Assembly (NCBI GenBank): GCA_029550865.1
Contig: JAKPGM010000038.1
Coordinates: 6,628-70,627, forward strand
Reading direction: 5' to 3'
Source: Bacteroidota bacterium
Lineage (GTDB): Bacteria; Bacteroidota; Bacteroidia; Bacteroidales; DTGW01
Length of the DNA: 64,000 bases
Both the position numbers and the translations under genes were made by a program. Positions 1 through 11,414 of the stretch are shown here, one piece after another; the stretch's first letter is position 1; each line of letters begins with the position of its first letter. A model generated the notes under the pieces. It did not search any database, was not told the DNA's origin, and saw only the letters and a program-made list of their open reading frames with translations.

Positions 1-3000
1 CCAACCCGTTTGGCTCTCCTACCGTTTATTATAGTCGTCAAACGGGCTTATGGGGTAATGTCAATAGCTGGTCGACGGTATCGCATACCGGGCCCCCTGC
101 TGCAGCGGTTCCAACGGCTGAAGATATTGTAATAATTGGGAATAATGACTCCATTTACTTGAATACTAACCTTACAGTGGCTAATACCGATGTGCGTAGT
201 TGTGCTATTTTGAGAATCGAACAGGGATCGGCATTGGATATAGGGTATAATCCAGCTTGTAATTTTGCCTTGGTACTAAGCCATCCTAATGGCAATGGTA
301 ATTTACGACTGACGACAAGTTTTACTTCTGGCTCTACTTATCAATTTCCCGCTGGTGACTATACCGACTTTAATGTACATCTGGGTACTACCGAGATGTA
401 TACCACTAACTCTAAAGCAGGAACTACCTATTATCTTCCCAATGGGGTTACTGAATATGGAAATTTAATTCTTTCTCCGCTGGGAGGTTCAAATATCATT
501 TTCCCCAATAATAATCTGTTGATATATGGTAACCTGACCACGCGAGGGCAAAATGCCGATTCGTGGTTCTGTCCTGTATGGAATACCAACTATCCTACAC
601 CTCCTAATGCACGAATTGCAAAAACCATTACGATTAATGGAAACCTTAATATTCAGGGAGGTGCGTTGGTATGGTATGGTGGTGGGGCACTTTTACAAAC
701 CATTGAAGTAAAAGGAAATGTATTTGTCAACACGGCTTCGGCTATAGATAACTGGGATGGTTCGGCAGCGCGTATGTATATTGGCGGAAATTTAACTAAC
801 AATACTACGGGGGCCACCGGAGGCGGAATAGCTACTCCACGTGAGTGTGATTTTCGCAATATTCCACTGACCTTCAATGGTACTGGTACGGCTTCTGTTG
901 CCAATACAGCCAATACTCCCATAACAAGGTTTGGACAGGTTACTGTTGATAAGGGAAGCTCCCAGGCCGATTCGCTCATCATATCTATTGGGGGTACGCT
1001 GACCACTCCTGTAGATAATTGGTTGACCCTGAAAAATGGAACTTTGGTATATCGTCGAACCAATCCTTCAAGCGATTTTACCATTTCTACAACTACCTCG
1101 TTTGTCATCCCTGAAACAGCTGGTCTGTATATCGATTACCCCAACAACTCGGGTAATAGAAATATTCTGATTGCCAATGCTGCTGTAAACACAAATGATT
1201 TGATGCTGTTTGGAAAGCTCACGCTTAAGGCGGGGAATGTATACGTAGGGCCTACCAATGGAACCACTAATAATAACAATGATATTGAGTATTCAGGTGA
1301 TGGTAATTCTACCATTATCATTGACGGTGGACGTTTGTTCGTAAATGGTCAAATACGCCGCAGTACGGCAACAACAACGGGTGTACTTAAGTATTATCAG
1401 AGTGGAGGCGATGTAACAATCAATGGGCAGGGTGCCGATGTTACTTCACTTACCCGTGCTAAACTGGAAGTTGTTAATCCTGGAAGTGTATTTAATATGT
1501 CGGGAGGTACTATTACGATAGTACAAGGGGGAGGTACAACTTTTGGCGATTTATATCTGCGACCTGCAAGTGGTAGCGTAACAGCAGGCCAGATTATCTT
1601 TACCCAAACACCCGCTTACTGGGCAACTATTGATGCTGCACAAAATTATCGCATGGATGCAAATCTGACGCTCAATGATCTTGTTATTACTGGTAAGGTT
1701 GCGGGTACTGCTCGGACAGCTACCGTTACACTTATGATCAATCCCCTAATCTTAAATGGTAACCTCACTTTAACAAATAATCAGAGCTTTTTGATAGCCA
1801 ATAATCTTAATGTTACAATCAACGGCGATTTAATCAACAATGGAACCTATACCCCAGGAACGAATACTACGACTTTTAGTGGAAACGTTCAGAACATTTT
1901 AGGAACATCTTCGACTAGCTTTAACCACCTGGTAGTTAATCCTGTCACCTCGCTTACTCTATCCAATTCGATTTCGGTTACGGGTAACTTGACAATATCC
2001 AGCGGCTCTTTTGTTTGTGACAATAATGCTGTAAGCGTGTCTGGTAATCTTACCAATAACGCTACCTATACGGATAATGGCAATGGAACAGGTATTATGC
2101 TGGTAGGTTCTGCTTTACAGTATGTATCGGGGACGGGAACATTTAGCACCCTTACGCTCAATAATTCCAATGGTGCACGTTTGCAAAGTTCTATTACGCT
2201 CAATAAAAACCTGGTACTTGTACAGGGTATCTTTAATATCAATCAGTACATGCTAACATTGGGTGTGAACAGTATTGTAGATGGGGCACCATTTAATGCT
2301 GCTAAGATGATACAAGTTGATGGCGTTTTTAGTAATGTTGGTATTCGAAAATATTTCAGTGCTTACAGTGGACCTGCTGTTTCATTTACCTATCCCCTCG
2401 GGGTAACTGGTAAGTATACACCTGTGGTTTTCACTTACAGTAATAATGATCTGACGGGTTATGTTCGTATCAATGCTATCAATGATCATCATCCGGGGGT
2501 AATTGATCCCACCAAAGTGCTTCAGTATTATTGGGAAGTACAGAATAGTGCGGTATCCGGTGTTAATGGGAGCCTGGTATTTTACTATAAAGATGCAGAT
2601 GTGTTGGGCAATGAATCGAACTATGTAGCTGCTCGCACTGTAGGGGGTACCAGCTGGAGTAAGGCCGCACCCGGACCTTCGACCGACAATGTTGATGAAA
2701 GTCTTAATACCATCACTTTTAACCTGGTGGGTGCCGACGATTTAAATGGGGAATTTATAGCTGGAGAAGACCCAGCTATTCCTAATAATATTCCTCAATT
2801 TACCTCTATCAAGGACGGTAATTGGAACGATCCTAGTATTTGGATGCAAACGGCAGGAGATCCCTATACACTTACGGGAGGGCCCAATGGATTTATTGTA
2901 ACCATCGGCAGCAATGATACCGTTACCATTAACCAGAATCAGGCATTTACTTATCATACTACAATAAATGGTACCTTGCGGGTGGTACAACCCTATTATG

Positions 3001-5180
3001 GGCATAATATTGGGATAGTAAACGGCACGGGTACACTTTATCTCAATGGAGGTCCTTTCCCGGCAGGTCAGTACGATAATTTTATGGATTGTACAACGGG
3101 AGGAACCCTCGAATATGGAGGGAGCTCAGATTACAATGTAGTGGCTGATTTGTATAACAGTGTTCGAAAATTGCGTTTCACAGGAACAGGGAGTCGTTAT
3201 TTACCCAATAAAGATCTTACTATCTGTGAGCAACTGCTCATTAATGGGCCAACAGTAGATAATTCGGTCAATAATCGGAAATTGACCATTCTGGGTACTT
3301 TTGAACGATATGGTACAGGTGTTTTCAAAGCGGGCAGTGGAACAAATGCTATTGTAGAGTTTGCAGGAACCAGTGCACAAACAATCGGCGGTCCTACGGG
3401 CAATTTTTCGGGTGCCAATAAATTTTATCATTTGAAAATAAACAATAGTAATGGGTTGAGCATTGGTACGGGAGGAGTTATTGAGGTCGCTGGCAATTTG
3501 TATCTTACCTCGGGACGCATTATTACAACTGCAACCAATCAGCTGCGCATTATCAATACTGCGATCAATTGTGTTGTACCTGCGGGAGGTTCGTCGGCTT
3601 CGTATGTGGATGGACCACTAACCAAACGTATTCTATCGGGTGATAACTTCAAATTTCCTGTAGGTAAGGGAACTGTACTGGGCAATAAAATTACGCTCTC
3701 TTCTTCTCAACCGGGTACCATCGATTGGACAGTTGAATTTTTTACTCCCAACAGTACCTATACTTCCTATGCTGCGCCGCTTACCTATGTTAACTCGATG
3801 GAATACTGGACTGTTTCAGCAACATCTGGCAGTCAAGCTTATGTAGGTTTGGATTGGGATCCAGCCAGTGATCTTACTCCGCTTATGACCCAAAATGGGC
3901 TTTCGGATATGCGTGTGGCTTACGATAATGCAGGTACCTGGACAGAATTAACGTCAACAGCAACGGGAAATAGCAGTTATGGAACGGTAACCACAGTAGC
4001 TCGGATAACTATTCCCGTATCGGGTAGCAGTAAATTCACAACCGCATGTATTAATACTACAAAGCCTCGTGCTCGTCTTAATCCTTCTGGTCCTGTTTGT
4101 GGAACAGCGGGTATCCCAGTTACCTTTACGGGTTCAGTTCGTCCTTTCAATTATATACTTGGTTATACCAAAAACGGTGTCCCCCAGACCCCTGTTACTG
4201 TTAACTCCGAACCCTATATTTTACCGACCGATGCCACTGGAGCTACCTATCAGCTTACGAGTTTCATATATAACGATCCCGCTGATCCTACTACCGGTGT
4301 TGTTGATCCTACCCCAGTAACTACGTATACGGTACCTACTACGGCTAATGCAGGTCCCGACCAGTCGATTTGTGGAGGTACCTCTGCAACGCTGGCTGGT
4401 AATACGCCTGTGGTGGGGAGTGGGCTGTGGAGTATTGCATCGGGGCTTGGTGGAACAGTTGTAACTCCTACTACGCCTAATAGCCTGTTTAATGGGATAA
4501 ATGGTAACACCTACCGACTTGTCTGGACCATTAGCAATGGCGGATGTAGCTCGAGCGATACTGTTATAATTAGTTTCCCGCTTCTTCCTACAACTCCTTC
4601 TGGTTTTATTCTGTTCGATAATAGCGTATGTCAGGGTGATATGGGGGTTGCCTATTCGGTACCCAACGATCCTACGGTTACCTTTACCTGGATTTACTCG
4701 GGTAGTGGTGCTACAATCAACGGATCGGGCAATGCCGTTACAGTCGATTATGCCGTGACAGCTACCTCAGGAAATATTGGGGTGTATACCACCAACGGTT
4801 GTGGCAACAGTGATACCCTGGCGTTGGCAGTATCAGTACATGGTTTACCTTATGCTACGCTGGCTGTATCGGGGAGTGCAACTGTTTGTGAAGGTAATTC
4901 TACCACGCTTACCATCACCATTTCGGGAGGCACATCACCTTACAATGTAACGTTGAACGATGGTACAACAAATTATAATCTAAGCAATATTACCTCGCCG
5001 TATGTTTACAATACGGGGGCTCTTAATTGGATTGGACCCTCCTCATTACGAACGATAACTTACAGCATACCAACCGTCGTTACTTCTGATGGCTGTGTTA
5101 ATGCGGGTTCAAACACTGTAAATGTCGGTGTATATAAAAACCCCGATACAGGTCCTTTCTACCATAAGCCAAACAAGTGA
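1..5180 (+). CDS. Giant secreted/surface protein (adhesin-like; beta-rich repeats, C-terminal PKD/Ig-like domains), 5'-truncated by the window
   Basis: The frame is open from base 3 (NPFGSPTVYYSRQTGLWGNVNSW...), so the TTG at 159 is not the start. Rich in G/N/T/S, with two SxxxGxWxxxxxW module starts and TANAGPDQSIC PKD-like units. Confidence 0.8.
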   Translation, partial: NPFGSPTVYYSRQTGLWGNVNSWSTVSHTGPPAAAVPTAEDIVIIGNNDSIYLNTNLTVANTDVRSCAILRIEQGSALDIGYNPACNFALVLSHPNGNGNLRLTTSFTSGSTYQFPAGDYTDFNVHLGTTEMYTTNSKAGTTYYLPNGVTEYGNLILSPLGGSNIIFPNNNLLIYGNLTTRGQNADSWFCPVWNTNYPTPPNARIAKTITINGNLNIQGGALVWYGGGALLQTIEVKGNVFVNTASAIDNWDGSAARMYIGGNLTNNTTGATGGGIATPRECDFRNIPLTFNGTGTASVANTANTPITRFGQVTVDKGSSQADSLIISIGGTLTTPVDNWLTLKNGTLVYRRTNPSSDFTISTTTSFVIPETAGLYIDYPNNSGNRNILIANAAVNTNDLMLFGKLTLKAGNVYVGPTNGTTNNNNDIEYSGDGNSTIIIDGGRLFVNGQIRRSTATTTGVLKYYQSGGDVTINGQGADVTSLTRAKLEVVNPGSVFNMSGGTITIVQGGGTTFGDLYLRPASGSVTAGQIIFTQTPAYWATIDAAQNYRMDANLTLNDLVITGKVAGTARTATVTLMINPLILNGNLTLTNNQSFLIANNLNVTINGDLINNGTYTPGTNTTTFSGNVQNILGTSSTSFNHLVVNPVTSLTLSNSISVTGNLTISSGSFVCDNNAVSVSGNLTNNATYTDNGNGTGIMLVGSALQYVSGTGTFSTLTLNNSNGARLQSSITLNKNLVLVQGIFNINQYMLTLGVNSIVDGAPFNAAKMIQVDGVFSNVGIRKYFSAYSGPAVSFTYPLGVTGKYTPVVFTYSNNDLTGYVRINAINDHHPGVIDPTKVLQYYWEVQNSAVSGVNGSLVFYYKDADVLGNESNYVAARTVGGTSWSKAAPGPSTDNVDESLNTITFNLVGADDLNGEFIAGEDPAIPNNIPQFTSIKDGNWNDPSIWMQTAGDPYTLTGGPNGFIVTIGSNDTVTINQNQAFTYHTTINGTLRVVQPYYGHNIGIVNGTGTLYLNGGPFPAGQYDNFMDCTTGGTLEYGGSSDYNVVADLYNSVRKLRFTGTGSRYLPNKDLTICEQLLINGPTVDNSVNNRKLTILGTFERYGTGVFKAGSGTNAIVEFAGTSAQTIGGPTGNFSGANKFYHLKINNSNGLSIGTGGVIEVAGNLYLTSGRIITTATNQLRIINTAINCVVPAGGSSASYVDGPLTKRILSGDNFKFPVGKGTVLGNKITLSSSQPGTIDWTVEFFTPNSTYTSYAAPLTYVNSMEYWTVSATSGSQAYVGLDWDPASDLTPLMTQNGLSDMRVAYDNAGTWTELTSTATGNSSYGTVTTVARITIPVSGSSKFTTACINTTKPRARLNPSGPVCGTAGIPVTFTGSVRPFNYILGYTKNGVPQTPVTVNSEPYILPTDATGATYQLTSFIYNDPADPTTGVVDPTPVTTYTVPTTANAGPDQSICGGTSATLAGNTPVVGSGLWSIASGLGGTVVTPTTPNSLFNGINGNTYRLVWTISNGGCSSSDTVIISFPLLPTTPSGFILFDNSVCQGDMGVAYSVPNDPTVTFTWIYSGSGATINGSGNAVTVDYAVTATSGNIGVYTTNGCGNSDTLALAVSVHGLPYATLAVSGSATVCEGNSTTLTITISGGTSPYNVTLNDGTTNYNLSNITSPYVYNTGALNWIGPSSLRTITYSIPTVVTSDGCVNAGSNTVNVGVYKNPDTGPFYHKPNK

Positions 5181-5206
5181 GCCTTTGCTTTTCTTTATAA
5201 ACAAAC

Positions 5207-5239
5207 AAAGCCAGCTTTATAGCTGGCTTTAGTTTTTTT
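5207..5239. terminator. Intrinsic terminator between convergent genes
   Basis: AAAGCCAGCT-ttat-AGCTGGCTTT, a 10-bp stem with T-rich runs on both strands. Confidence 0.85.
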
Positions 5240-5251
5240 AAGGATTTAGTA

Positions 5252-6526
5252 TCACTTGATGTATTCAAAACCACAATAAGGTACCAGTACGTTGGGGATT
5301 TTTATTCCCTGGGGTGTTTGATTATTTTCGAGTAGAGCAGCCACTATGCGGGGTAGAGCTAGTGCACTGCCATTCAGCGTGTGGGCTAAGCGTGTTTTTT
5401 TGTCGGCAGGGTCACGAAAGCGCAATTTCATGCGGTTGGCCTGAAAGGTTTCGAAATTGGATACTGAGCTAACCTCCAGCCATTTCTGCTGGGCTGCTGC
5501 ATACACCTCGAAATCGTAAGTAAGTGCTGAGGAAAAACTCATATCTCCCCCACATAACTTAACAATGCGGTAGGGCAATTCGAGTTTTTGAACCAGACTT
5601 TCTACATAGGCAACCATTTCGTCGAGAGCCTCGTACGATCGGTCGGGATGCTGAATCTGCACTATCTCTACCTTATCGAATTGATGCAAGCGGTTGAGCC
5701 CACGTACATCTTTACCATAGGAACCAGCTTCGCGGCGAAAACATGGCGTGTAAGCCGTGTTTTTAATGGGAAGCTCGTCGGCTTCAAGAATCACATCGCG
5801 ATAAATGTTGGTAACCGGTACTTCGGCCGTGGGGATCAGGTAATAATTATCGGCGGTCACATGGTACATTTGTCCTTCCTTATCGGGGAGTTGACCGGTT
5901 CCAAACCCCGAGTCTTCGTTGACCATCAGGGGTGGCATAACTTCAGTGTAGCCTGCCTTTTGGGCTTCATCGAGGAAGAAATTAATGAGAGCACGTTGTA
6001 ATTTTGAACCTTTACCAAGATAAACTGGAAAACCTGCTCCCGTGAGTTTTACACCCAATTCAAAGTCGATAATCTGGTATTTTTTGGCCAGATCCCAGTG
6101 GGGTAAGGCATTTTCGGGTAGTTGCGGCATACTTCCTCCGGTCCGAACTACCACATTATCGTCGGCGCTTGTACCAGCAGGTACACTGGGGTGTGGAAGG
6201 TTGGGCAATAGCACAAGTACACTTTCGAGTTCTTTTTCCAGCCCAGCTAGCTTGTCGGACAGGATTTTAAGCCCTTCCTTGAGCTGGGCAGTTTGTTGAC
6301 GTGCTTGTTGGGCTTCCTCGTTTTTACCTTCTTTGATGAGTTGGCCTATTTGCTTCGATATTCTATTCATTTCGGCTTGTGTGGCATCAAATTCTTGCTG
6401 TGTTTGACGCCGTTTAGCATCGAGTTCAAGCACCTGGTCGACCAGTTCGAGCTGCTTGAAGTTTTTTACCTGTAAACGTTCCAGAACGTATTCTTTTCGT
6501 TCTTTTAATAGATTCAGTGTAAGCAT
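5252..6526 (-). CDS. serS: Serine--tRNA ligase
   Basis: N-terminal coiled coil, LIPTAEVP, FRREAGSYGKDVRGLNRLHQFDKVE and HTLNGSALA motifs. Confidence 0.98.
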   Translation of the reverse strand: MLTLNLLKERKEYVLERLQVKNFKQLELVDQVLELDAKRRQTQQEFDATQAEMNRISKQIGQLIKEGKNEEAQQARQQTAQLKEGLKILSDKLAGLEKELESVLVLLPNLPHPSVPAGTSADDNVVVRTGGSMPQLPENALPHWDLAKKYQIIDFELGVKLTGAGFPVYLGKGSKLQRALINFFLDEAQKAGYTEVMPPLMVNEDSGFGTGQLPDKEGQMYHVTADNYYLIPTAEVPVTNIYRDVILEADELPIKNTAYTPCFRREAGSYGKDVRGLNRLHQFDKVEIVQIQHPDRSYEALDEMVAYVESLVQKLELPYRIVKLCGGDMSFSSALTYDFEVYAAAQQKWLEVSSVSNFETFQANRMKLRFRDPADKKTRLAHTLNGSALALPRIVAALLENNQTPQGIKIPNVLVPYCGFEYIK

Positions 6527-6550
6527 AGCTTAAATTTTCGAAAATAAAAT

Positions 6551-6598
6551 AAAAAAGGCTCTGCAATTTAGCAATACAATTGCTACCTCACAAGAGCC
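6551..6598 (-). terminator. Long irregular hairpin plus U6 after rpmA
   Basis: Minus strand reads GGCTCT-tgtgagg-TAGCAAT-tgt-ATTGCTA-aattgc-AGAGCC-TTTTTT. Confidence 0.65.
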
Positions 6599-6620
6599 CG
6601 CACAATATATTTTTCAGAGG

Positions 6621-6878
6621 TTATTCCTGAGGAATGACAGATACTATCGATTTTTCGCCGCGCGATCTTTTAAAAACTACTTTCCCATCGACCAGGGCAA
6701 AAAGCGTATGATCTTTACCCATGCCCACATTTAATCCCGGGTGATGTACGGTCCCTCTCTGGCGTACAATGATGTTTCCTGCTTTGGCCATTTCGCCACC
6801 AAAAATTTTGATACCCAGGCGCTTACTTAACGAGTCGCGGCCGTTTTTTGAACTACCAACGCCTTTTTTATGAGCCAT
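6621..6878 (-). CDS. rpmA: 50S ribosomal protein L27
   Basis: [16 protein letters not shown]...KRLG...[10 protein letters not shown]. Confidence 0.99.
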   Translation of the reverse strand: MAHKKGVGSSKNGRDSLSKRLGIKIFGGEMAKAGNIIVRQRGTVHHPGLNVGMGKDHTLFALVDGKVVFKRSRGEKSIVSVIPQE

Positions 6879-6904
6879 ATCTTTACAAGTTTAAATGTTT
6901 TACA

Positions 6905-7291
6905 TTATGCCTCAGCACTGCTTTCTTCTTCGCTAGCAGTAGCTTTTGCTTTTCGGGTTGCTTTTTTGGCTGTACCACCCCCCAATACGATATCTTCAAT
7001 TAATATCTGGGTAAAATATTGACGGTGTCCGTTGAGTTTCTGATAGCCTTTTCTTCTTTTCTTCTTGAATACAAGCACTTTGTCGCCTTTGACGTGAGCC
7101 AGTACTTTTGCCTGAATGCTTGCACCTTCAACGGTAGGAAGCCCAACCTTTACATCACCGTCGTTATCGACCAGAAGCACTTCGTTGAAGGTTACACTGC
7201 TACCTTCTTCATTCTCAAGCCGGTGGACGTAAATTTTTTGATCTTTCGTCACTTTAAACTGCTGACCGGCAATGTTTACAATTGCATACAT
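6905..7291 (-). CDS. rplU: 50S ribosomal protein L21 (with C-terminal tail)
   Basis: [14 protein letters not shown]...[16 protein letters not shown]. Start moved to the ATG at 7291. Confidence 0.98.
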   Translation of the reverse strand: MYAIVNIAGQQFKVTKDQKIYVHRLENEEGSSVTFNEVLLVDNDGDVKVGLPTVEGASIQAKVLAHVKGDKVLVFKKKRRKGYQKLNGHRQYFTQILIEDIVLGGGTAKKATRKAKATASEEESSAEA

Positions 7292-7331
7292 TGTTTTTTC
7301 TGCTTTACAGTTTTTTCTCAAAAATGGACTG

Positions 7332-7339
7332 CAAATGTA
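7332..7339 (-). promoter_or_regulatory. Bacteroidota -7 promoter box for rplU-rpmA
   Basis: TACATTTG matches TAnnTTTG, 40 nt upstream of the ATG. Confidence 0.7.
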
Positions 7340-7406
7340 ATACTTTTCTTTTAATTGTAAACAGACCTGAAATTTTTTTTGTACTTTTTGTGGAGCGAAG
7401 GGAAGG

Positions 7407-8522
7407 TCATATTAATTTTTCGTACACTTTAATTATTTCCTGGGCTACCTTTTCCCGACGAAATGATTGTGCATGCATAAAACCGTCGAAAATCATGTTT
7501 TCGCGCATGAAGTTATTATTTAGCACTTCTTTGATGGCAAATCCAATTTCTTTGGGATTTTGGGGATCAACGTACAGGGTTGATTTGCCGCCAGCTTCCG
7601 AAAAACATCCTCCCTTGGAGGTTATGACAGGTGTTTTCGATACCAGGGCTTCCAGTATGGGTATGCCAAATCCCTCGAAAATAGATGGGTAAACAAAAAC
7701 GGTGGCCATTTGATAGATAGCAGGGAGGTCCTCATTGGGTACATTGTGCAAAAAGTACACATTGCGCATGTCGTGACGTTCGATGTATGATTTAATGCTA
7801 CCCAGATATTTTGTTGGTTTACCAATAATTACAATCGGATAATCGATTTGTGCTTTACGCATGCCAATGAGAATATTGAGTACATTTTTTCGTGGTTCAA
7901 TAGTGCCCACAAATAGGATATAGTGCTCGGGAATAAGGTATTTGGTGAGCACTTCCTGCTTTTTTAGTCTATCGGCTGTTTCCCAGAAAATGGGGTTACA
8001 ACTTTGGTATACCACATCTATTTTGTGCTCGGGAATTTTGAAAAACTCTTGCAAATCGTTGGCTGTTTGCTGACTTACGGCAATAATGCGGTTGGCATGT
8101 GTGGCAGCATAAAAACATTTTTCTTTGTAAATTTTTCGGTCAATAGGATTATAAAAATGTGGATATCGCATAAAAATAAGATCGTGTACGGTAACTATCG
8201 TAGGAATATTGGTCTTATGCATTTTAAAGGGGATTTCGTTGCTCAGACCGTGAAAGAGGTCAATCCTATCGCTTTCTACCTGTTGATGTAGGAGACACGA
8301 TCGCCAGTAGAATGGTAACCATTGGTGTAACCGTTTTTGTGGCGTAATTAGTCGTTGATTTGTTGGATTTATTGTAAAAAGTGGTTTCGGTGTTAGGGGC
8401 GTATACAGGTAATATTCATTCATGGGGAAATATTCGGCGAGCATGCTCAACACGTCGCGGCTATAATTTCCCAGCCCACTGCGGTTAAAAAAGGCTCTTT
8501 TGGCATCGTACCCCAATCGCAT
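7407..8522 (-). CDS. Glycosyltransferase family 4
   Basis: [11 protein letters not shown]..., VGTIEPRKN and [14 protein letters not shown] (GT-B EX7E motif). The ATG at 8522 sits directly after the dapL stop. Confidence 0.92.
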   Translation of the reverse strand: MRLGYDAKRAFFNRSGLGNYSRDVLSMLAEYFPMNEYYLYTPLTPKPLFTINPTNQRLITPQKRLHQWLPFYWRSCLLHQQVESDRIDLFHGLSNEIPFKMHKTNIPTIVTVHDLIFMRYPHFYNPIDRKIYKEKCFYAATHANRIIAVSQQTANDLQEFFKIPEHKIDVVYQSCNPIFWETADRLKKQEVLTKYLIPEHYILFVGTIEPRKNVLNILIGMRKAQIDYPIVIIGKPTKYLGSIKSYIERHDMRNVYFLHNVPNEDLPAIYQMATVFVYPSIFEGFGIPILEALVSKTPVITSKGGCFSEAGGKSTLYVDPQNPKEIGFAIKEVLNNNFMRENMIFDGFMHAQSFRREKVAQEIIKVYEKLI

Positions 8523-8523
8523 G

Positions 8524-9753
8524 TCAGGCAAGTTTTTTGATTCGATCGGTAAATTCGAGTACACTATCGCGATTGGCAAAAGCAGAAAAGCGGATATAGC
8601 CTTCGCCCGATGGGCCAAATCCTGCGCCAGGGGTGCCCACAATTTGTAGCTTATGTAGCAAATAATCGAAAAATTCCCACGAACCCATATTATCTTTCGT
8701 TTTTACCCATAGGTAAGGGGCATTGATACCGCCAAATACCTTAAATCCGACCGATTCAAGGCTTTTTCGCATGATGGCAGCATTTTCCATGTAATAGGCA
8801 ATGGTATCTCGCACTTCTTTTTTACCAGTATCGGTGTAGATGGCAGCTGCGGCTTTTTGAACGGGGTATGAGACTCCATTGAACTTGGTTGTTTGTCTAC
8901 GTAGCCACAGAGCATGGAGGGGGTGAGCATTACCTTGTGGGTCGTATGCTTTAACGGATTTAGGAAGAATAGTATATGCACAGCGTGTTCCCGTAAAGCC
9001 AGCAGTTTTTGAAAAACTGCGAAATTCAATAGCACATTCGCGCGCCCCTTCGATTTCAAAAATGGAGTGGGGGAGGGTAGCATCCGAAATATAGGCTTCG
9101 TATGCGGCGTCGTACAGAATAATAGCCCGGTGTTCAAGGGCAAAGTCAACCCATTTTTTCAGGGTCGCTTTGTCTATTGTTGCACCCGTAGGGTTATTGG
9201 GGAAACAAAGGTAAATGATGTCTACGGGTTGGCTGGGTATTTGTGGCAGGAAGTTGTTCTCTTCCTTGCAGGGCATGTACACAATGTTTTCGTAGTAGCC
9301 ATTTTCGAGCATAGGACCGGTACGTCCATCCATCACATTGGTGTCGACGTATACAGGGTATACAGGGTCGGCTATGGCTACACGATTATTTTTTCCAAAA
9401 ATATCGAGGATATTTCCCGTGTCGCATTTTGAACCGTCGGAAATAAAAATTTCGTCGATATCGATATTGACGCCCCGGCTGATGAATTCGTTATCGACGA
9501 TAGCTTTTCGGAGGAACTCGTAACCTTGCTCGGGACCATATCCTTTGAAAGTACTTTCATTTCCCATTTCTTCGACTGCTTCGTGAAAAGCTTTGATTAC
9601 GCTGGGAGCCAGCGGTCGTGTTACATCTCCAATACCCATTCGGATGATGCGAGCATCGGGGTGAGCTGTTTGATATTCACGTACTCTACGACCGATTTCG
9701 GGGAATAGATACCCCGCTTTTAGTTTCAGATATCCTTCGTTCAAAAATGCCAT
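8524..9753 (-). CDS. dapL: LL-diaminopimelate aminotransferase
   Basis: [26 protein letters not shown] and [13 protein letters not shown] (PLP lysine). TATATTTG box at 9771-9778. Confidence 0.95.
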   Translation of the reverse strand: MAFLNEGYLKLKAGYLFPEIGRRVREYQTAHPDARIIRMGIGDVTRPLAPSVIKAFHEAVEEMGNESTFKGYGPEQGYEFLRKAIVDNEFISRGVNIDIDEIFISDGSKCDTGNILDIFGKNNRVAIADPVYPVYVDTNVMDGRTGPMLENGYYENIVYMPCKEENNFLPQIPSQPVDIIYLCFPNNPTGATIDKATLKKWVDFALEHRAIILYDAAYEAYISDATLPHSIFEIEGARECAIEFRSFSKTAGFTGTRCAYTILPKSVKAYDPQGNAHPLHALWLRRQTTKFNGVSYPVQKAAAAIYTDTGKKEVRDTIAYYMENAAIMRKSLESVGFKVFGGINAPYLWVKTKDNMGSWEFFDYLLHKLQIVGTPGAGFGPSGEGYIRFSAFANRDSVLEFTDRIKKLA

Positions 9754-9789
9754 ATATGCTTTCTTTTTTACAAATATAGTGTAGCTTTT

Positions 9790-11412
9790 TTATTTTAAGA
9801 TTTGTTTAAAAAAATCATTTCCCTTGTCATCTACCAGGATAAATGCGGGGAAATCGACCACTTCTATTTTCCAGATAGCTTCCATGCCCAGTTCGGGGTA
9901 TTCGAGCAGTTCTACTTTTTTGATATTTTCCTGCGCCAGGATGGCGGCCGGTCCGCCGATGCTGCCCAGGTAAAAGCCGCCGTATTTTTTACAGGCATCG
10001 GTAACCTGTTGGCTACGGTTGCCCTTGGCGATCATAATCAGGCTGCCTCCATGCCGCTGAAATTCTTCGACATAGCTATCCATACGTCCGGCAGTGGTGG
10101 GACCAAATGAACCTGAAGCAAAACCTTTTGGCGTTTTGGCGGGTCCAGCATAATAGATGGGATGGTTTTTAAAGTAATCGGGCAATCCTTCCCCCCTATC
10201 CAATCGTTCCTTAAGCTTTGCGTGGGCAATGTCGCGAGCTACTACCAGCGTACCGGTTAGCAGTAATCGTGTAGCAACTGGATACTGCGAGAGTTCGGCC
10301 AGTACCTCGCGAATGGGTCGGTTGAGGTTAATACGAACAGATTTTCCCTCATAACCTTGCCGATATTTTTCAGGAATGTATTGGCCAGGGTTATCTTCCA
10401 GTTTTTCGAGCCAGATGCCTTCCCGATTGATTTTGGCTTTTATGTTACGGTCGGCCGAGCAAGAAACCCCAATTCCTACAGGGCAGGAAGCACCATGTCG
10501 GGGCAATCGGATTACTCTGACATCATGGGCAAAGTATTTACCTCCGAACTGTGCTCCGATGCCCAGCTGTTGGGCTGCTTTAAGTAGCTTTTCTTCAAGT
10601 TCGATATCTCTAAAAGCACGTCCGTGCTCATTTCCAGTGGTGGGAAGTGTATCGAGGTATTTTGTAGAGGCTAATTTTACAGTTTTCAAGCAGGCTTCGG
10701 CCGACGTTCCTCCTATCACTATGGCTAAATGATAGGGGGGACAGGCGGCTGTACCAAGCATTTTCATTTTTTCAATGAGAAATGTTTCGAGACTTTTAGG
10801 GTTAAGTAGAGCTTTGGTTTCCTGAAAAAGAAAAGTTTTATTGGCCGAACCGCCCCCTTTGGTGACAAAAAGAAAACGATATTCATCGCCATGTGTTGCG
10901 TAGATATCAATTTGTGCCGGCAGGTTGGTACCGGTATTTTTCTCTTCGTACATACTCAGCGGTGCCACCTGCGAATATCGTAGATTTTCCTCGGTAAATG
11001 TAAGGTACACGCCTTTCGATAATGCTTCTTCGTCGTTGCCGGCGGTAAATACCTGGTGTCCTTTTTTAGCAATTACTGTTGCAGTGCCTGTATCCTGGCA
11101 AAATGGTAGAATTCCTTTTGCCGATATTTCGGCATTACGCAACATGGTTAGTGCAACGTATTTGTCGTTATCGCTAGCCTCAGGATCGTTAAGAATGGCG
11201 GCTACCTGTCGTTGGTGTTCGGGTCGGAGCAGAAACGAGCAATCGCGAAAGGCAACTTTTGAAAGGTAGGTAAGTCCTTCGCTTTCCACATACAATATTT
11301 CCTGTCCCCTGAAATTTTCTGTGTGTACATAATCGCGGGTAAGCAGGTAGTATTCGGTTTTGTCTTCACCCAATTCAAACAGGGGTTGATAATAAAAATC
11401 TGGCGTTGCCAT
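9790..11412 (-). CDS. Class I (Fe-S) fumarate hydratase
   Basis: [31 protein letters not shown] and GPTTAGRM motifs. Confidence 0.96.
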   Translation of the reverse strand: MATPDFYYQPLFELGEDKTEYYLLTRDYVHTENFRGQEILYVESEGLTYLSKVAFRDCSFLLRPEHQRQVAAILNDPEASDNDKYVALTMLRNAEISAKGILPFCQDTGTATVIAKKGHQVFTAGNDEEALSKGVYLTFTEENLRYSQVAPLSMYEEKNTGTNLPAQIDIYATHGDEYRFLFVTKGGGSANKTFLFQETKALLNPKSLETFLIEKMKMLGTAACPPYHLAIVIGGTSAEACLKTVKLASTKYLDTLPTTGNEHGRAFRDIELEEKLLKAAQQLGIGAQFGGKYFAHDVRVIRLPRHGASCPVGIGVSCSADRNIKAKINREGIWLEKLEDNPGQYIPEKYRQGYEGKSVRINLNRPIREVLAELSQYPVATRLLLTGTLVVARDIAHAKLKERLDRGEGLPDYFKNHPIYYAGPAKTPKGFASGSFGPTTAGRMDSYVEEFQRHGGSLIMIAKGNRSQQVTDACKKYGGFYLGSIGGPAAILAQENIKKVELLEYPELGMEAIWKIEVVDFPAFILVDDKGNDFFKQILK

Positions 11413-11414
11413 AA

